Assembly: GCA_965215015.1 (NCBI GenBank)
Contig: OZ244042.1
Location: 4,960,001-5,024,000 of the forward strand
Length of the DNA stretch: 64,000 bases
Origin: Candidatus Poribacteria bacterium
GTDB lineage: Bacteria > Poribacteria > WGA-4E > PCPOR2b
Direction: 5' to 3'
Shown piece by piece: positions 51,363 through 62,472 of the stretch; position 1 is the first letter of the stretch; every line of letters begins with the position of its first letter. The notes beneath the pieces were generated by a model. The model did not search any database. It saw only the letters and a list, made by a program, of their open reading frames with translations, and was not told the DNA's origin. The position numbers and the translations under genes were made by a program.

Positions 51363-52793
51363 TCACAATGTGTGAGTGGACAACCCTCCTGCAACGGTCA
51401 GTCGCTGCTGACGGGTGAAAGTGCGTGGACAAGTAAACCCTTCGCCGGTGGGGCCCGCAATCGTCATCGCTAGGAATCCCTCACCATCAATTCCGGCGCA
51501 CGCGTAAGATGGCGCGTTCACAACAACAACGTTGCAATTCATCGTCTGCGTAAATTGCGTGATTCGCGCACTATTGTTGGTGTGGAGCATTGCCGTATGT
51601 CCACGTCCCCCATCTGCCGCTAGCGCACCATTCACCGCCTCATCAAAATCACGCACCCGCACCACCGGAAGTACTGGCATCAGGTATTCGTCAATAATGA
51701 AGGTATGGTCGGCGGGAACTTCAACAACGACGGAAACCGTCTCTGTTTTCGCCCGAATGCCTGCCGCTTCAAGGATAACGCTTGCATCTTTACCGATGTA
51801 GTCAATGTTGGGCTCGCCATTTTGGATGACAACATTTTCGACGGCTTGCCGCTCGCGTGGATTGGTCAAGTAACCGCCGTTGTTTTGCAGTTCACAAACC
51901 ACTTCATCAGCAACAGTATCAACGACAAAGAGGGCTTTTTCGCCGATGCAGAGCAGGTTGTTGTCAAAACTGTTTCCGGTTATAACATGCTTCGCTGCTT
52001 CCTTTAAATCTGCGGTCTCGTCGATGACGACTGGTGGGTTGCCGGGGCCTGCTGCAATCGCCTTCTTGCCGCTGGTAAGCGCGGCTCTCACAACGCTGCC
52101 GCCGCCTGTCGCAACGACGATTGCGATATCCGGGTGGTCCATAATCTCCTTCGCCCGCCGCAATGTCGCCTCTGAAACGGTTGTGAGCATATTGGGAGGG
52201 CCCCCTGCTTTGACAACCGCTGCGTTGATAACCTTCATCGTTTCCTGAGTACATTTCTGTGCATTTGGATGTGGGCTGAATACAACCGAATTTCCAGCTG
52301 CGAGCATAATGATTGCGTGATTGATGACGGTCGATGTCGGGTTCGTGGTCGGAGTGATTGAATTGATCACACCAAAGGGAAGGTACTCCACAAGCAGCAG
52401 CCCTGTATCCCCAGTTGTTGCCTCCGAGCTCAAATCTTCCACGCCGGGCGATAGGTTTGCCCCGCCATCATTCTTCATCACTTTATGTTCAACAACCCCC
52501 ATTTTTGTGTCTTCGACAGCGATTTCTGCAAGGCCCCTTGAATGCTCAAGCGATGTCTGCCTGATGGCTTCAATGATTTCCCTCCGTTTGGCAAAGCCGA
52601 GCTTTACAAATTCCGCCTGGGCGGTTTTGGCAGCAGCAACCGCTTGATCCACGGTGGGAAAAATCCCCATATCGGACGCACCCGCAACTGGGGGCTGAGG
52701 TGTTGTCGACGATAAACTCTGCCCCTCACTCTGAAGATTCCTGATGACTTGTGCAACAATCTCCTCAATCTGTGCTTCGTCGATTTCTGCCAT
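51363..52793 (-). CDS. CoA-acylating aldehyde dehydrogenase (EutE/PduP family) with N-terminal encapsulation peptide
   Basis: IEEIVAQVIRNL plus Pro/Ser linker; PFGVI...P.TNP, ATGG, AGPGNPP, SFDNNLLCIGEK, TIAGPTGEG. Confidence 0.93.
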   Translation of the reverse strand: MAEIDEAQIEEIVAQVIRNLQSEGQSLSSTTPQPPVAGASDMGIFPTVDQAVAAAKTAQAEFVKLGFAKRREIIEAIRQTSLEHSRGLAEIAVEDTKMGVVEHKVMKNDGGANLSPGVEDLSSEATTGDTGLLLVEYLPFGVINSITPTTNPTSTVINHAIIMLAAGNSVVFSPHPNAQKCTQETMKVINAAVVKAGGPPNMLTTVSEATLRRAKEIMDHPDIAIVVATGGGSVVRAALTSGKKAIAAGPGNPPVVIDETADLKEAAKHVITGNSFDNNLLCIGEKALFVVDTVADEVVCELQNNGGYLTNPRERQAVENVVIQNGEPNIDYIGKDASVILEAAGIRAKTETVSVVVEVPADHTFIIDEYLMPVLPVVRVRDFDEAVNGALAADGGRGHTAMLHTNNSARITQFTQTMNCNVVVVNAPSYACAGIDGEGFLAMTIAGPTGEGFTCPRTFTRQQRLTVAGGLSTHTL

Positions 52794-52928
52794 ACGGACC
52801 TCCTTAATCTATGATGCGGCTAGGAAATTCAGGCTTCCAATGCGAATTCTCCATCCTTGTGCGGTAGATTATAGAGAAAGAGCCACTTAGCACCCGCCTT
52901 GAACTAGCCGAAGGGTTCGGGATGACAG

Positions 52929-53201
52929 TTATCCACGAGTCAACATATTTTCAACTTCTGCGTGTGGACGCGGAATGACGTGCACAGAGATCAATTCACC
53001 GACAACCTTTGCAGCTTCGGCCCCTGCTTCCACTGCGGCTTGGACCGCCCCGACATCCCCACGAACCATGACGGTGACCAATCCACCCCCAATTTCTTCT
53101 TTGCTGACAAGTGTTACGTTGGCAGCTTTGACCATCGCATCTGCTGCTTCAATGGCACCAACTAAACCTCTTGTTTCAATCAATCCTAATGCTTCACCCA
53201 T
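52929..53201 (-). CDS. Bacterial microcompartment hexameric shell protein (BMC-H)
   Basis: ALGLIETRG...[36 protein letters not shown]. Confidence 0.97.
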   Translation of the reverse strand: MGEALGLIETRGLVGAIEAADAMVKAANVTLVSKEEIGGGLVTVMVRGDVGAVQAAVEAGAEAAKVVGELISVHVIPRPHAEVENMLTRG

Positions 53202-53333
53202 GTTATCTACCTCCTAATTTAATTGCCACTTTGAAATGTCTTTCATTGTAACAGGATCCATATCGCTTATCAAGGAAAAAATCTGCTATCTGTAGACAGA
53301 TTTCAAATCGCTCCACCTATCCATTAAAAACTC

Positions 53334-53362
53334 TTGACAAGGATTTGTTGAGATGCTATCCT
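53334..53362 (+). promoter_or_regulatory. Sigma70 promoter of the Hfq-like gene
   Basis: TTGACA-17 nt-TATCCT with extended TG. Confidence 0.7.
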
Positions 53363-53474
53363 TTGTCTCTGTTTCTGCCAGAAGTCATTGTGGTATGCCC
53401 CTGTCGGCTCTATACCCTGGCTTCGTCCAATAATTCATAAGCATCAATTAACCGCTGGAGGACCCTGACGAACA

Positions 53475-53831
53475 ATGCCTAAAGAACCAATCGGCCTTGC
53501 AGATGTTGAGGTTTTAGAGAAGCAGATTCGTCAAAATCGAGAAGATATTAATCTGCTCAAACAAGAGATTGAACGGCTATACGCTGAACTGGGGGTTTCA
53601 TCAGACACCGATGAATTTGAAGCCCAGTTAAGTAAGGAGGAAGTTCTCGAATTCGGGACACTCGGCGATGGCGTCGTCAAGGGAAAAATTAACTGGATGA
53701 ATCCTTATCTCATCAGCATTACAACCGCCGGAGAAGCACCTGCGTCAGAGGTCTTAATTTTCAAGCACGCCCTCTCCTATATTCGCAAACCAGAAGAAAA
53801 ATTGATTCCTCGTCAGGGGATGTACATTTGA
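53475..53831 (+). CDS. Hfq/LSm-like protein with N-terminal coiled coil
   Basis: Sm1-like GDGVVKGKINWMNPYLI, Sm2 LIFKHALSYI (compare Hfq VYKHAISTV); RBS GGAGG. Confidence 0.72.
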   Translation: MPKEPIGLADVEVLEKQIRQNREDINLLKQEIERLYAELGVSSDTDEFEAQLSKEEVLEFGTLGDGVVKGKINWMNPYLISITTAGEAPASEVLIFKHALSYIRKPEEKLIPRQGMYI

Positions 53832-53958
53832 ATATCCGACCGATGAGGCAATTCACGGAGAAAGGAGGGGCGTATCGTGAACGCCTCTCAAGCTATACAG
53901 TCGTTGTCCCCGGGATTGGTGATTCTGCTCAAAGAGTTATGGAGTTAAAACACAGCAA

Positions 53959-54819
53959 ATGCCTAATCGAATGCCCGAAATGTTAAACTTTCGCTCAATC
54001 GATCCGCTCATAGAATTAGCCTTCGCAGAAGATATCGGCATTGGCGATATTACGACCGAATCCACAGTTTCTCCGTTGCAGCAAGGGGTGGGCACAATCC
54101 TCACCGAGACTGAGGGCGTGATTGCTGGACTGCCGATTGCACAGCGCATTTTTGAAAAACTGGATCCGAATCTTAATTTTCAGATGCTTGTTGCTGACGG
54201 TGATCGGGGCAAAAGCATGACACCAATTGCGACGGTCGAGGGGAGCGCAAAATCCATCCTCACCGGTGAACGGATTGCTCTTAATTTTTTGCAACGTCTT
54301 TCGGGAACTGCCACATTGACCGCACAGTTCGTTGCTACTACAACCCAATACAATGTCAAAATCATCGATACCCGAAAGACCACCGCCGGATGGCGAGCCC
54401 TACAAAAGTATGCGGTGCGTGTCGGCGGCGGACATAACCACCGTTTCGGGCTTTACGATGGCGTACTGATCAAGGATAATCACATCGTCGCTGCCGGGGG
54501 TATTGCGAAGGCAATCGAACGGGTGCGGGCGGCTGTGCCTCACACGATGAAAATCGAAGTCGAGGTGGAGACACTCGACCAGGTTGAAGAAGCACAGGCG
54601 GCAGGGGCAGACATTATATTGCTCGACAACATGCCAATCAATCTCATGAAAACTGCTGTCGGAAAGATTGACGAGAACGTTCTCACTGAAGCATCAGGGG
54701 GGATTATATTAGATCAGGTGGAAGCTGTTGCTGCGACGGGTGTGGATTTAATCTCTGTTGGCGCATTGACGCATTCAGCGATGCCGTTGGATATTCGTTT
54801 GGACTTGGAGATTATGTAA
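53959..54819 (+). CDS. nadC: Nicotinate-nucleotide pyrophosphorylase (carboxylating)
   Basis: EDIGIGDITT, ERIALNFLQRLSG, DTRKT, HRFGLYD..LIKDNH, EVEVE, LLDNM, EASGG. Confidence 0.97.
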   Translation: MPNRMPEMLNFRSIDPLIELAFAEDIGIGDITTESTVSPLQQGVGTILTETEGVIAGLPIAQRIFEKLDPNLNFQMLVADGDRGKSMTPIATVEGSAKSILTGERIALNFLQRLSGTATLTAQFVATTTQYNVKIIDTRKTTAGWRALQKYAVRVGGGHNHRFGLYDGVLIKDNHIVAAGGIAKAIERVRAAVPHTMKIEVEVETLDQVEEAQAAGADIILLDNMPINLMKTAVGKIDENVLTEASGGIILDQVEAVAATGVDLISVGALTHSAMPLDIRLDLEIM

Positions 54820-54984
54820 GAAATTGATTGTAGGATAAAGTGGACCGCTTGCCCATTTCGTGGTGAGTCGGCAAGTTGTTTGGAATCTCGCTATCAAGCC
54901 TGCTTCCTATACTGCCCGGACCCATCAATTCACAGTTGACGCGGCAGGCCGTTTTGAAATATCTATGAACCAAGGAAACAGTGC

Positions 54985-56055
54985 ATGAAAGAATTCTTTA
55001 GCAAATCGCTAAATCCGAAAAATTTTGCTCGTGGAATACTGTTTTTCATTCTATGCACAGTTATTGGATTATATCTTAGCTTTCTACGAAGTGATACTGA
55101 AAATATTGGAACGGTCTTACGTGATAAAATGGACGTGAAATTCTTACTTCTCGCTGTGCTTTGCATGTTCTGCGATTGGTTATCGGGGGGGGCGCGTCTC
55201 TATATTTTTGTTCGGAGGATGTCGCCCCGCGTGACATTCATTCATGGTCTACGAGCCAATTTGGCAACCCTGTGTATCGGAGGAATCACACCATTTCAAA
55301 CTGGAGGTCTGGGGCATCTTTATATTTTTAATCGGGCGGGTGTGCCGTTCTCAGGAACTGTGACCACCGGTGTCATCAGTTTCATTGGTACACTGACGTT
55401 CCTCATCCTTTCGACAGGGTATGTTGTGCAGCGCGCCCCCGACTTTCTTCCCAAAGCAATCACGCTTGTCAGTCAATATAGTCTGTTGATGTTTGCGTTT
55501 ACTCTTTTTGGCTTCCTCCTTTTGCTTATCAAACCTGAAACAGTTTTGATGCCTCTGACCCGTATCCAACTGCCAAGACGACGCGGCTTTCGACTTGCTG
55601 CAAACATTCTAGACCGTCTAATCCTTACCCTCGAAAACGTGATTGTGGAGCACAAGGCGTTCACTCGTATGTTCGTCAATGAACATAAACTGGTCTGCCT
55701 GCTGAGCTTCGTTTTTACGATAGGTATTTATATGAGTCGGTTCGTCGGCGGCTATGTCGTTGTTCGCGCTTTAGGGGGAGACGCTCCTTTTTGGCATGTG
55801 ATCGCTGTTCAAGTTATAATCAGTTTTGTGACTTTATTTGCACCTAGCCCCGGCGCAAGTGGTATTTCAGAGTTTTTAATTGCAATACTGATGAAGCCTC
55901 TACTTGCCTCCGGAGCAATTGGACTGTATGCCCTAATCACACGATTTTTTACAACCTATTGCGGCGTCGCGGTCGGCGGAATTGTCTTGATGTCACAATT
56001 GACGAAAGACCTCCGGCATCGAGAAATGAAAGAAAATCAGGAAATCGAGGAATAA
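54985..56055 (+). CDS. Flippase-like membrane protein (lysylphosphatidylglycerol synthase TM domain)
   Basis: Multi-TM; ITPFQTGG, PSPGASGISE. Confidence 0.85.
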   Translation: MKEFFSKSLNPKNFARGILFFILCTVIGLYLSFLRSDTENIGTVLRDKMDVKFLLLAVLCMFCDWLSGGARLYIFVRRMSPRVTFIHGLRANLATLCIGGITPFQTGGLGHLYIFNRAGVPFSGTVTTGVISFIGTLTFLILSTGYVVQRAPDFLPKAITLVSQYSLLMFAFTLFGFLLLLIKPETVLMPLTRIQLPRRRGFRLAANILDRLILTLENVIVEHKAFTRMFVNEHKLVCLLSFVFTIGIYMSRFVGGYVVVRALGGDAPFWHVIAVQVIISFVTLFAPSPGASGISEFLIAILMKPLLASGAIGLYALITRFFTTYCGVAVGGIVLMSQLTKDLRHREMKENQEIEE

Positions 56056-56282
56056 GCTCGCGAGAGGGCAACGCATCCATCCACGTTTCGCTTATGAAAC
56101 CTTTGGTGTGAGTAGGAGGGCGTTTCCACAGTGTTCAAGCGTTCATTGGATCATTGCGCCATATCACATATGATATAGTAACACATGGGGATCTACAGAC
56201 CCAGTAGCACAGGACGAATACTCGGACAAACATCAACAAATCATCGAAGCCGCACTACCAGAGGACAGGATTCTTGGGGAAG

Positions 56283-56438
56283 ATGGCAGAGAGAATAAAA
56301 TCGCTCAAAGCTGAATTGGGGTTGAATTTCTCGGAGATTGTCCGGGAATGTGTCGAGAACGATTTACCCCGCCTAATTGACCGACACAGAAAAAAAAAGC
56401 AGGTGGCTCACAACAAGAGGGAGATTGAAGTATCGTGA
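56283..56438 (+). pseudogene. Ribbon-helix-helix-like small regulator, 5' part frameshifted
   Basis: MAERIKSLKAELGLNFSEIVRECVENDLPRLIDRHRKKK (not in the ORF track); an upstream frame reads QQIIEAALPEDRILGE. Confidence 0.5.
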
Positions 56439-56699
56439 TTCAATCCACCAAGTCAAAGAAGTATATTCGGATTCACCTCTCTATCATCACGAACCGCCCA
56501 ATCATTGGACGATTGTTGCGGTGGTTGGGATTGGATGTCAACATTCAACCCTAGCTTGTTAAAGACTGTGAACTCGAGACAAGAATTTGCGACTTGTGGG
56601 CCGCTTGGGGTGAGCAAACTAACACAGCCGTGCTTATCAGTGCACATCTACCGTAAAAACCTAGAAGCACGTCGATCTGGATTCTCAGACACAGCCGCT

Positions 56700-57649
56700 T
56701 GCCATGGTGCCGTCAGAAATCTTTTCACGCTTGACCGATTCGACCCCAACGAAAACGAAGACGGAGAGACAAAAAAGAGGGGAATACGGATGGATTGAGC
56801 ATACGGGAGAGACTTCGCTTGAAGAGGCCAGAAAGAAGGCACATAATAATTACGAGGGATCAATACCAGTACCACAGGAGGATACCGAAACAAGGGGAGG
56901 TTAGCCCGCAGTTACAACTACCATCATTTGAAGATACAGTAATGGATATAGTTGTCCATGCTTTACCCATTGAAATTTATCAAGGGAAAGAAGGAGGGGG
57001 CAGGGGAGCTCCTCCCGATGAGCGAATCTTCTTCAATGCGTTACTTGCCAGACCGTTCTGCATACCAGAGACATGGAACGGTGTAAGGCTTGAGCCAACA
57101 CTGCGCGATTATGTTGATTGGTTATATCCGAATGGATGGAATCGGACGAACCAACTCCCACTTCTACAAATACAAAAGGTATGATACGATGTGAACAACA
57201 AGCGAATTAGCTACGAGCGAAGGGATTGGAACGTCGTTCAAGTCTTCGCCATGCTGAATGAGAGCACCGCTCTCGACGATGTTTTGCCCTTGATTATTCG
57301 CTACCCCGACAGCATACAAGGCAATGGTCCCATGATAGATGTTCATAGGAAGAGGGGATATAGCTTGGTTTCTGCTTCAAAATGGAGAGCATGGAATCGA
57401 GGCTATCTGCTTGACACACAAGGGGAGATTATTACTGGAGACCCTTATAAAACCAAAAGGGGCAAGTGGGCGGTACGCAATGGGAAAAATCCACAAACAG
57501 CACGGTATCACCCTCACGCCATTCGCATCGGGGATGACCGAAATCCGCAATGGGACAAGATTCCTGTCTTAACATACAATCAACTCGTCGCGCTATTGTA
57601 TGATGATAGCATGGTGGGCAGAAACACATTCAAACAACGCCGCCGTTAG
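56700..57649 (+). pseudogene. Fragmented gene of a degraded mobile element (possible replication protein)
   Basis: Successive protein-like fragments in different frames (GGRGAPPDERIFF, TLRDYVDWLYPNGW, GPMIDV) broken by stops and frameshifts. Confidence 0.5.
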
Positions 57650-57775
57650 AAAACGAGCAGATGAGGGGGTGAGGGTTTTGACTCGCTCCCACTTTTGTCC
57701 GTCTTCCTGTTTTCCGGTCTTCACGTTTCACGCATCGCTCTCGGTCCCAACAGTTGCAAACAAGCACCATTGATT

Positions 57776-58774
57776 ATGAAAGCTTATGTCACCGGCGGAA
57801 CGGGTTTTATCGGAAGCCATCTGGTCGAGCGACTTGTCGATCACGGCTATCATGTCACCTGCTTAATCCGCCAAACGAGTAATCTGCGTTGGCTTAACCA
57901 TCTCCTTGCTGCACAATCGCAGCAAATCCAAATGGTCATGGGTGATTTGCATGATATCGATGCGCTGACAAGCCATGTCCGAGACGCCGATTTGGTTTTT
58001 CATCTCGCCGGTTTGACCAAAGCCCCGGACGCTGCAACGTATGACCGAGTCAACGCTGGGGGAACAGAGCATCTTATTGAAGCGTGCTTGGGGGCACAGC
58101 CAAACTTAAATCGGTTTGTCTATTGCAGCAGCCTCGCCGCAGTCGGTCCAAGTCGCAATGCAACACCAAACACCGAAGATGTTATCCCGCAGCCACTAAC
58201 GGACTACGGTAGTAGCAAGCTCAAAGGCGAGATGATTGTCCGTGAGTACGCAAACCGTCTACCCATAACGATTATTCGTCCACCGGCTGTCTATGGCCCC
58301 AGGGATGCAGACATCTTTTTGTTTTTTCAGATAATCAATCGTGGAGTGATGCCAATCCTCGGGGACGCGGATAAGTTGTTGAGTTTGGTGCACGTCAAAG
58401 ACCTGGTAGCAGGAATTTATACTGCCGCTGTGTCTGAGCGTGCAATCGGTGAAACCTATTTTCTGACGGACGGTGATATTCATACATGGCTGGGGATTGA
58501 GCGCGTAATTGCTGATGCGCTGGGAAAGCGTCCATTCAAAGTGAAAGTGCCGCTTTTTCTGCTGGATTTTATTTCAATCTTTACGGAAGCTGCAGCGAAG
58601 ATCATGTCTCAAGCCCCAACCTTGAACCGCCAAAGAGTGCGAGATCTGAAACAACGGTTTTGGATCTGTGACAGCACGAAGGCACAAAAGGAACTCGGCT
58701 ATCGCCCAATCTATTGCCTTAAAAAAGGGATTAAGGAAACAGCAGATTGGTATCGAGCGAATGGCTGGTTCTAA
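57776..58774 (+). CDS. NAD-dependent epimerase/dehydratase
   Basis: VTGGTGFIG, FHLAG, YGSSK, IRPPAVYGP. Confidence 0.93.
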   Translation: MKAYVTGGTGFIGSHLVERLVDHGYHVTCLIRQTSNLRWLNHLLAAQSQQIQMVMGDLHDIDALTSHVRDADLVFHLAGLTKAPDAATYDRVNAGGTEHLIEACLGAQPNLNRFVYCSSLAAVGPSRNATPNTEDVIPQPLTDYGSSKLKGEMIVREYANRLPITIIRPPAVYGPRDADIFLFFQIINRGVMPILGDADKLLSLVHVKDLVAGIYTAAVSERAIGETYFLTDGDIHTWLGIERVIADALGKRPFKVKVPLFLLDFISIFTEAAAKIMSQAPTLNRQRVRDLKQRFWICDSTKAQKELGYRPIYCLKKGIKETADWYRANGWF

Positions 58775-58831
58775 TACGCATTGCGTTACGCAATTGCTTA
58801 CAACCTACAACAAATCTAAGGAGATATAATA

Positions 58832-59740
<909 letters not shown>

Positions 59741-59886
59741 CCTAAAACATAATACAGTAAAGTGTAATTCGTAATTAGCGATCGGTCTAATGACCATTCA
59801 CAGGTTCCATGAACGGTCATTAGACATAAGCCCCCTTACGCATTATGTTATAGTTCCCAAATGCCACACATACACAGGAGAATTAG

Positions 59887-60480
59887 ATGGCAAGGCAATT
59901 GAGAATGGTTCGGCCCAATCTGGATGGATTACCACAACTGGAAATCCCAGAGGGGTATGAAATCCGTACCTATCAGGAGGGAGACGATGTACACTGGGCA
60001 AACGTGATCAGCGACTCGTTTGGCGGGGAGCGCACCGCTGAAGATGCCCGCCGTGATATTATGGACCGCGATGTGTTTGACCCGGAGGGACTCTACTTTG
60101 CCACCTATCAAGGCACGCCGGTCGGCACGACGTGCGCCTGGAAAGATACGCCCCATGAAACAGAGGTTGGCATTGTCCACATGGTTGGCGTTCACTCTGT
60201 CCACACAGGACATAAGCTCGGTAAATGTGTAACGCTCTGTGTGCTATTGTACCTTCAAGAACATGGTTTCAAATGCGCTAAACTCGGCACCGACGATTTT
60301 CGGTTGCCGGCGATTAAGACCTATTTGAACCTTGGCTTTTTGCCAGTCTATGTCGATGTCACTCAACCAGAGCGGTGGCGGCAGATTTTCAAGAAACTCG
60401 GACTGCCAGCTATGTCGGATCAATCAGAGAAAATTAGAGCTGCAATCTCTGAACAAATGTGGGCGAAGGTTTGCAAGTGA
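59887..60480 (+). CDS. GNAT family N-acetyltransferase
   Basis: VGV....GHKLGK, AIKTYLNLGF; RBS AGGAG. Confidence 0.88.
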   Translation: MARQLRMVRPNLDGLPQLEIPEGYEIRTYQEGDDVHWANVISDSFGGERTAEDARRDIMDRDVFDPEGLYFATYQGTPVGTTCAWKDTPHETEVGIVHMVGVHSVHTGHKLGKCVTLCVLLYLQEHGFKCAKLGTDDFRLPAIKTYLNLGFLPVYVDVTQPERWRQIFKKLGLPAMSDQSEKIRAAISEQMWAKVCK

Positions 60481-60525
60481 GCTGCTGACAATTGGAAGCT
60501 GGGATACCTGTGTACTCCTTGAAGA

Positions 60526-62142
60526 ATGACACGCTTCTTTCGGATTGATCTGGTTCTCATTCCTATCCTTACAATCGGCTTCGTTCTCCGAATCGTTGGG
60601 CTTGGCGTCGGCTTGCCCGACCACCCTGATCCACGTGAGCCGCTGATTGCACACGACATCCTCAATCTCATCCATCTTGAATCCTCACCCGATATCTATA
60701 ATTGGCCCGGAACCGCTTGGTTCTACCTAATTGCGGCGATTGGGATGGTTTTAGAGACGTTTGGATTAGAACTCACAGTGGTTCACATTATCTGGCTGGG
60801 CCGCTTGATAAACGTTCTGCTGTCAACGACGACCATCTGGCTGACGTATCAGATTGGGCACCGGTTTTACAGCCGCTCTACTGGACTTATCAGCGGTGGA
60901 TTGCTCGCCGTAGCAATGTTGCATACAACGAACGAGTCTCGCTTTGCACTCGTTGACATCCCCGCGACCTTCTGTGTAACCCTACTGCTCTGGTTCTGTG
61001 CCAAAGCACAATCCGTTTCATTGCGTCAAGCCGTTTGGCTGGGCGTTATCGCGGGAATCGGCTTCGCTGTCAAGTTCACAACGATCTTCGCAGGCTTATC
61101 CGTTGCCATCCTTCTATTCCTGCGATCCGAGCGTTTTCGGCCTTCAGATTTTCTCTTGAAATTAGCGACCGTTATCGGGGTTGCAGGAGCGACGTTCACG
61201 ATCATCTGTCCGTACTGGCTGATCGATATCTTCTCTCCAGAGTGGAATCTATTCTTCAATGCCCTCCTCTACGAATCCTCGCATTACCAAAAAGGACACT
61301 TGGGACTGTTTGCGACCGGCGAAATCAACTGGCTCAATCGATTTACCTATTTGTGGAGGCTTCTGCAGTGGGGCATGGGGACACCGTTGGCGTTGCTTGC
61401 AATCGCCGGAACTCTGTCGGCAATAATCCTACGGAAAGATGGGGATAAAATCCTCCTCGCCTTTGTGATACCCTACCTACTATTCATCGGTTCACACAAA
61501 CTGAAATTTGTCCGTCATCTCTTGCTGATTTACCCGCTGTTGATACTATTCGCAGCAGGAGGTATCGGTAGAGTGAGCACCGTGCTCACCCAATCCGATC
61601 GGGGCTATCGAAATTCGATTCTGAAACAGTGGGCAAAGCCCGCCCTATCGGTCCTGATTTTGGGTGGGGTAAGTGCATATTCGCTGATTTATACTGCTGC
61701 CTTTGCCAGTGTTATGAAATCTACCCCAACGACAGTTGAGGCGGCTGAATGGATAGAATCGAATATCCCACCGGATGAAGCGGTCGAATACGAACCTGAA
61801 ATCTTGTTTGATTGGTTGCTGCCAAGACTGGATCGAGAGGACAAAGGGAAGGAAGCAGAGTGGGTACTTGTTTTGATGCCAAATGCGGAGGTCTTTCTAA
61901 ACTACGCTGCGAAGCCAACACATTACTCTGCAATTGATTGGTATCCGTTGGAGACGGTTGATACAGAGGCGGCGATGGAATTCTACGAGCGGATTCTCGG
62001 GAAGTCGAGCCGATACACACTCGCCCAACGTTTTCAGCGTCAGCCCCGCTTTCTCGGTATCTCGATTTCTGACCACGGCGCGCCATTTCCGATACGGGCA
62101 TTGACGCATCCAGAGATACGGATTTACCGGTTGCAGGAGTAA
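60526..62142 (+). CDS. GT-C membrane glycosyltransferase (GT39/ArnT-like)
   Basis: HPDP.E, GRLINVL, SRFALVD, G....VKFT, RHLL..YP; many TM helices. Confidence 0.85.
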   Translation: MTRFFRIDLVLIPILTIGFVLRIVGLGVGLPDHPDPREPLIAHDILNLIHLESSPDIYNWPGTAWFYLIAAIGMVLETFGLELTVVHIIWLGRLINVLLSTTTIWLTYQIGHRFYSRSTGLISGGLLAVAMLHTTNESRFALVDIPATFCVTLLLWFCAKAQSVSLRQAVWLGVIAGIGFAVKFTTIFAGLSVAILLFLRSERFRPSDFLLKLATVIGVAGATFTIICPYWLIDIFSPEWNLFFNALLYESSHYQKGHLGLFATGEINWLNRFTYLWRLLQWGMGTPLALLAIAGTLSAIILRKDGDKILLAFVIPYLLFIGSHKLKFVRHLLLIYPLLILFAAGGIGRVSTVLTQSDRGYRNSILKQWAKPALSVLILGGVSAYSLIYTAAFASVMKSTPTTVEAAEWIESNIPPDEAVEYEPEILFDWLLPRLDREDKGKEAEWVLVLMPNAEVFLNYAAKPTHYSAIDWYPLETVDTEAAMEFYERILGKSSRYTLAQRFQRQPRFLGISISDHGAPFPIRALTHPEIRIYRLQE

Positions 62143-62394
62143 CGCTAGAAGCATTTATCGATTTTGATGCAATTGCCGGGGAGAAGTTTCCAACCCGATT
62201 GCTTGCCCCCTAAGCACCCTAACCCTCCCTACCCCCCCTTGCGGGGGACCGAGGGGAGGCTTAGACGACCGCACTTTTTACCTTCACCACGGTCAGTGAA
62301 CATCTTACGGAGTTTTAGATCGGAAGATTTTGATAATTAAGGTTCGCCCTCCAGTATAGCCTTGGGTATCGAGTGCTGCCAGGAATTAAATCTT

Positions 62395-62423
62395 TTGCAC
62401 CTTCCTTCTCTGTGTGGTAAAAT
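62395..62423 (+). promoter_or_regulatory. Sigma70 promoter of polX
   Basis: TTGCAC-17 nt-TAAAAT with extended TG. Confidence 0.6.
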
Positions 62424-62472
62424 ATTCAAACGCATCATACAACACACCACAAAGAAAAGAAGAACTTACAAG

